From positions 1-35,309 of the forward strand of contig JBDOIF010000066.1 in the NCBI GenBank assembly GCA_041082215.1: a stretch of 35,309 bases of DNA. The letters run 5' to 3'. Every line of letters begins with the position of its first letter. The stretch's first letter is position 1. Both the position numbers and the translations under genes were made by a program. The DNA is from Anaerolineae bacterium. Lineage in GTDB: Bacteria > Chloroflexota > Anaerolineae > B4-G1 > DUEL01. The notes under the pieces were generated by a model, which saw nothing but the letters and a program-made list of their open reading frames with translations, had not been told where the DNA came from and made no database searches. Below are positions 32,439-35,309 of this stretch, piece by piece.

Positions 32439-35309
32439 ATGAAAATCAGTCGTAGAGAATTCCTCAAGCTGACGGCTGCGGCCAGCGGGAGCCTGCTCTT
32501 CCCGACCTCCCCGACCCTGGCGACCACCGAAGGGCCGGTCTTCCCGCTCCACAAGAAGGTCAAGGAGGCGGTCACCATCTGCCCCTACTGCTCCTGCGGC
32601 TGCGGCCTGATCATCGCTACCGGGCCGGACGGCCACATCGTCAACTCCGAGGGCGACCCCGATAACATCACCAACCGGGGCGCTCTGGACCCCAAGTCCA
32701 TCGCCGTCCGGCAGCTCTCCCAGAGCCCCCTCCGCCTCAAGAAGCCCCTCTACCGGGCTCCCGGCGCCAGCGAGTGGCAGGAGGTGGAGTGGGACTGGGC
32801 CATCACGGAAGTCGCCAAACGGATCAAGGCCACCCGGGACGCCACCTTTGAGCGCACCAATGCCGACGGCGTCACCGTCAACCGCACCATGGGCCTGGCC
32901 TTCCTGGGCGGCGCGGCCAACAACTCCGAGGAGTGCTACCTGGCGACCAAACTGGCCCGCGCCCTGGGTATCGTCTACCTGGAACATCAGGCCCGTATAT
33001 GACACTCCGCGACAGTGGCCGGTCTGGCCCCAACATACGGTCGCGGAGCAATGACCAACCACTGGGTGGACCTCAAGAACGCCGACTACATCCTCGTCAT
33101 CGGCTCCAACTGCGCGGAGAACCACCCGGCCTCGATGACCTGGATCCACAAGGCGATGAACGAGCGCGAGGCCAAACTGATCGTCGTGGACCCCCGCTTC
33201 ACCCGCACCGCCTCCCAGGCCCACCTCTACGCCCCGATCCGCCCGGGCACCGACATCGCCTTCTTCGGCGGGATGATCAAGTATATCCTGGATAATGAAC
33301 TCTACCACAAGGATTATGTGGTCTACTACACCAACGCTGCCAACCTGATCAACCCCGACTACAAAGGCCCGGACGAACTGGACGGCCTCTTCTCCGGCTA
33401 CGACCCGGAGAAACGGCGCTACGACCGCTCCACCTGGTCCTACCAGACCGGTGAGGACGGGAAGCCCCTGCGGGACGAGACGCTCCAGGACCCCCACTGC
33501 GTCTTCCAGATTATGAAGCGCCACTACGCCCGCTACGACCTGGATACCGTCTCCGGCGTGACGGGCATCCCCAAGGACCTGCTGGAGAAAATCTACAGGA
33601 CCTACGCCGAATCGGGCCAGGTGGGCAAGGCCGGCACCATCCTCTACGCGATGGGTCAGACGCAGCACACCGTGGGCTCCCAGAACGTGCGCGTCCTGGC
33701 CATCGTCCAGTTGCTCCTGGGCAACATCGGCATCCCCGGCGGCGGCGTCAACGCCCTGCGCGGCGAGTCCAACGTCCAGGGCTCCACGGATGTCGGCCTC
33801 CTGGCCCACATCCTGCCCGGCTACCTGCCCATCCCCACGACGGCGGACGTGGACCTCAAGACCTACATTGAGAACAAGACCAAGCCGGGCGGCGCCTGGT
33901 CCGGCGGCTACTGGGCCAACGGCCCCAAGTTCCTTATCAGCCTGCTCCGGGCCTGGTGGGGCCCTTACGCCGTCCAGCGCACCGACTTCGCCTACCAGTA
34001 CCTGCCCAAGGTGGATAGCGCCGCCAACCATTACTGGATCGCCCTCTTTGAGGCGATGTATGCCGGGAAGATCAAGGGCCTCTGGATTATGGGCATGAAC
34101 CCGGCCGTCGGCGGCCCCAACGCCCGCTTTGAGCGGGAGGCGCTGAAGCGGCTGGAGTGGATGGTGGTCCAGGAAATCTTTGATACCGAGACCACCTCCT
34201 TCTGGCGCGCGCCGGGCGAGGACCCCTCCCAGATTCAGACCGAGGTCTTTGTCCTCCCCGCCGCCGACGCGATGGAGAAGGCCGGCAGCATCGTCACCAG
34301 CGGGCGGCTCATCCAGTGGCGGGAGAAAGTCGCTGAGGCCCCGGGCGAGGCGAAGCCCGACCACCAGATCATCAACCTCATCGCGCTCAAACTCAAGGAA
34401 CTCTACGCCGCCGACCCCGGCCCCTTCCCGCAGCCCATCCTGCACCTGGTCTGGGACTACGGGCAGGAACTGGACATTGAGAAGGTGGCGCGGGAGATGA
34501 ACGGCTACGCGGTCAAGGACGTGAAGGACGCCCAGGGCAACGTCCTGGCGAAGAAGGACGCCACGCTGACCACCTTCGCCCACCTGCAGGCCGACGGCTC
34601 CACCGCCTGCGGCGTCTGGATTTACACCGGCTACTTCTCGCTCCAGCCGGACGGGTTCGGCAACATGCTCCCGGCGGCGAAGCGGCGCAACTCCGTCTAC
34701 GACCCCGGCGGCTACGGCAACTACCCGTACTGGGGCTGGGCCTGGCCGGCCAACCGCCGCATCGTCTACAACCGCTGCTCCGCCGACCCCGACGGCAAGC
34801 CCTGGTCGGAGGACCGTAAGTACATCTGGTGGGACGAGGCCCAGAAGAAGTGGGTCGGCTACGACGTACCCGACTTCGTCGTCACCCGCGCGCCCACCGA
34901 CCCCGGCGGTCGCGACCCCTTCATCATGCGCACCGACGGCAAGGGCGGCCTCTTCGCCGCGATGAACGAAGGTCCTCTGCCCGAGCACTATGAGCCGGTG
35001 GAGTCGCCGGTGAAGAACGTCTTCTCCAGCCAGCAGATCAACCCGGTGGTCAAGGTCTGGAAGACGGATGAGGGGAAGGACATCGGCGACAACTGGGGCA
35101 CGCCCGATAAATTCCCCATCGTCGCCACCACCTACCGGCTGGTGGAGCACTGGCAGGCGGGCGGTATGTCCCGCTGGCTGGACTGGCTGGTGGAGGCGCA
35201 GCCGGAGATGTTCGTGGAGATGAGCCAGGAACTGGCCGCCGAGAAGGGCATCAAGAGCGGGGACCGGGTGAAGGTCCGCTCCGCCCGCGGGGAGATTGAG
35301 GCCATCGCC
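32439..35309 (+). CDS. fdnG: Formate dehydrogenase-N-type alpha subunit, selenocysteine-containing (Sec188, TGA 33000-33002), partial at 3' end
   Basis: Tat signal SRREFLK; CPYCSCGC; EHQARI-TGA-HSATVAGLAPTYGRGAMTNHW; AENHP, VVDPRFTRTA, IRPGTDIAF, ALRGESNVQG, PEHYEP, TTYRLVEHW. The frame stays open to the window end. Confidence 0.96.
33003..33048 (+). promoter_or_regulatory. SECIS element of fdnG
   Basis: Apical GGCC-GGTCT-GGCC (33017-33029, loop starts 19 nt after the UGA) on a lower stem CTCCGCGAC/GTCGCGGAG. Confidence 0.8.

Noticed and set aside
32367..35150. 927-aa minus-strand ORF
   Set aside because: Antisense shadow of fdnG, which has all the expected motifs on the plus strand.

Overview
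GC-rich bacterial window, probably Chloroflexota/Anaerolineae (inferred from gene content, PT-rich lipoprotein linkers and repeat style). Left arm, minus strand: dnaN, a LonC-type protease, two GT-C-like membrane proteins and a >3043-aa beta-helix/Ig-like surface protein that runs off the window and is missing from the ORF track. Middle, plus strand: an ArsR/SmtB repressor with a P1B-2 Zn/Cd ATPase, a PadR-DUF4388-like regulator, and a five-gene electron-transfer operon (Tat 4Fe-4S protein, NrfD/PsrC anchor, decaheme cytochrome, tandem-rhodanese lipoprotein, and a lipoprotein multiheme cytochrome split by an in-frame TGA followed by a SECIS-like hairpin). This operon has no molybdopterin subunit and is the best candidate for a little-described system: a selenocysteine-cytochrome/rhodanese sulfur or selenium redox module. 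Right arm: an alkaline-phosphatase-superfamily membrane protein and a flippase-like fusion (minus), then fdhE and a selenocysteine formate dehydrogenase alpha subunit (plus, partial) whose fourth canonical Fe-S Cys is replaced by Asp. Two copies of a ~190-bp MITE, each with its own 8-9 bp target duplication, sit 15-16 bp upstream of TTGACA boxes.
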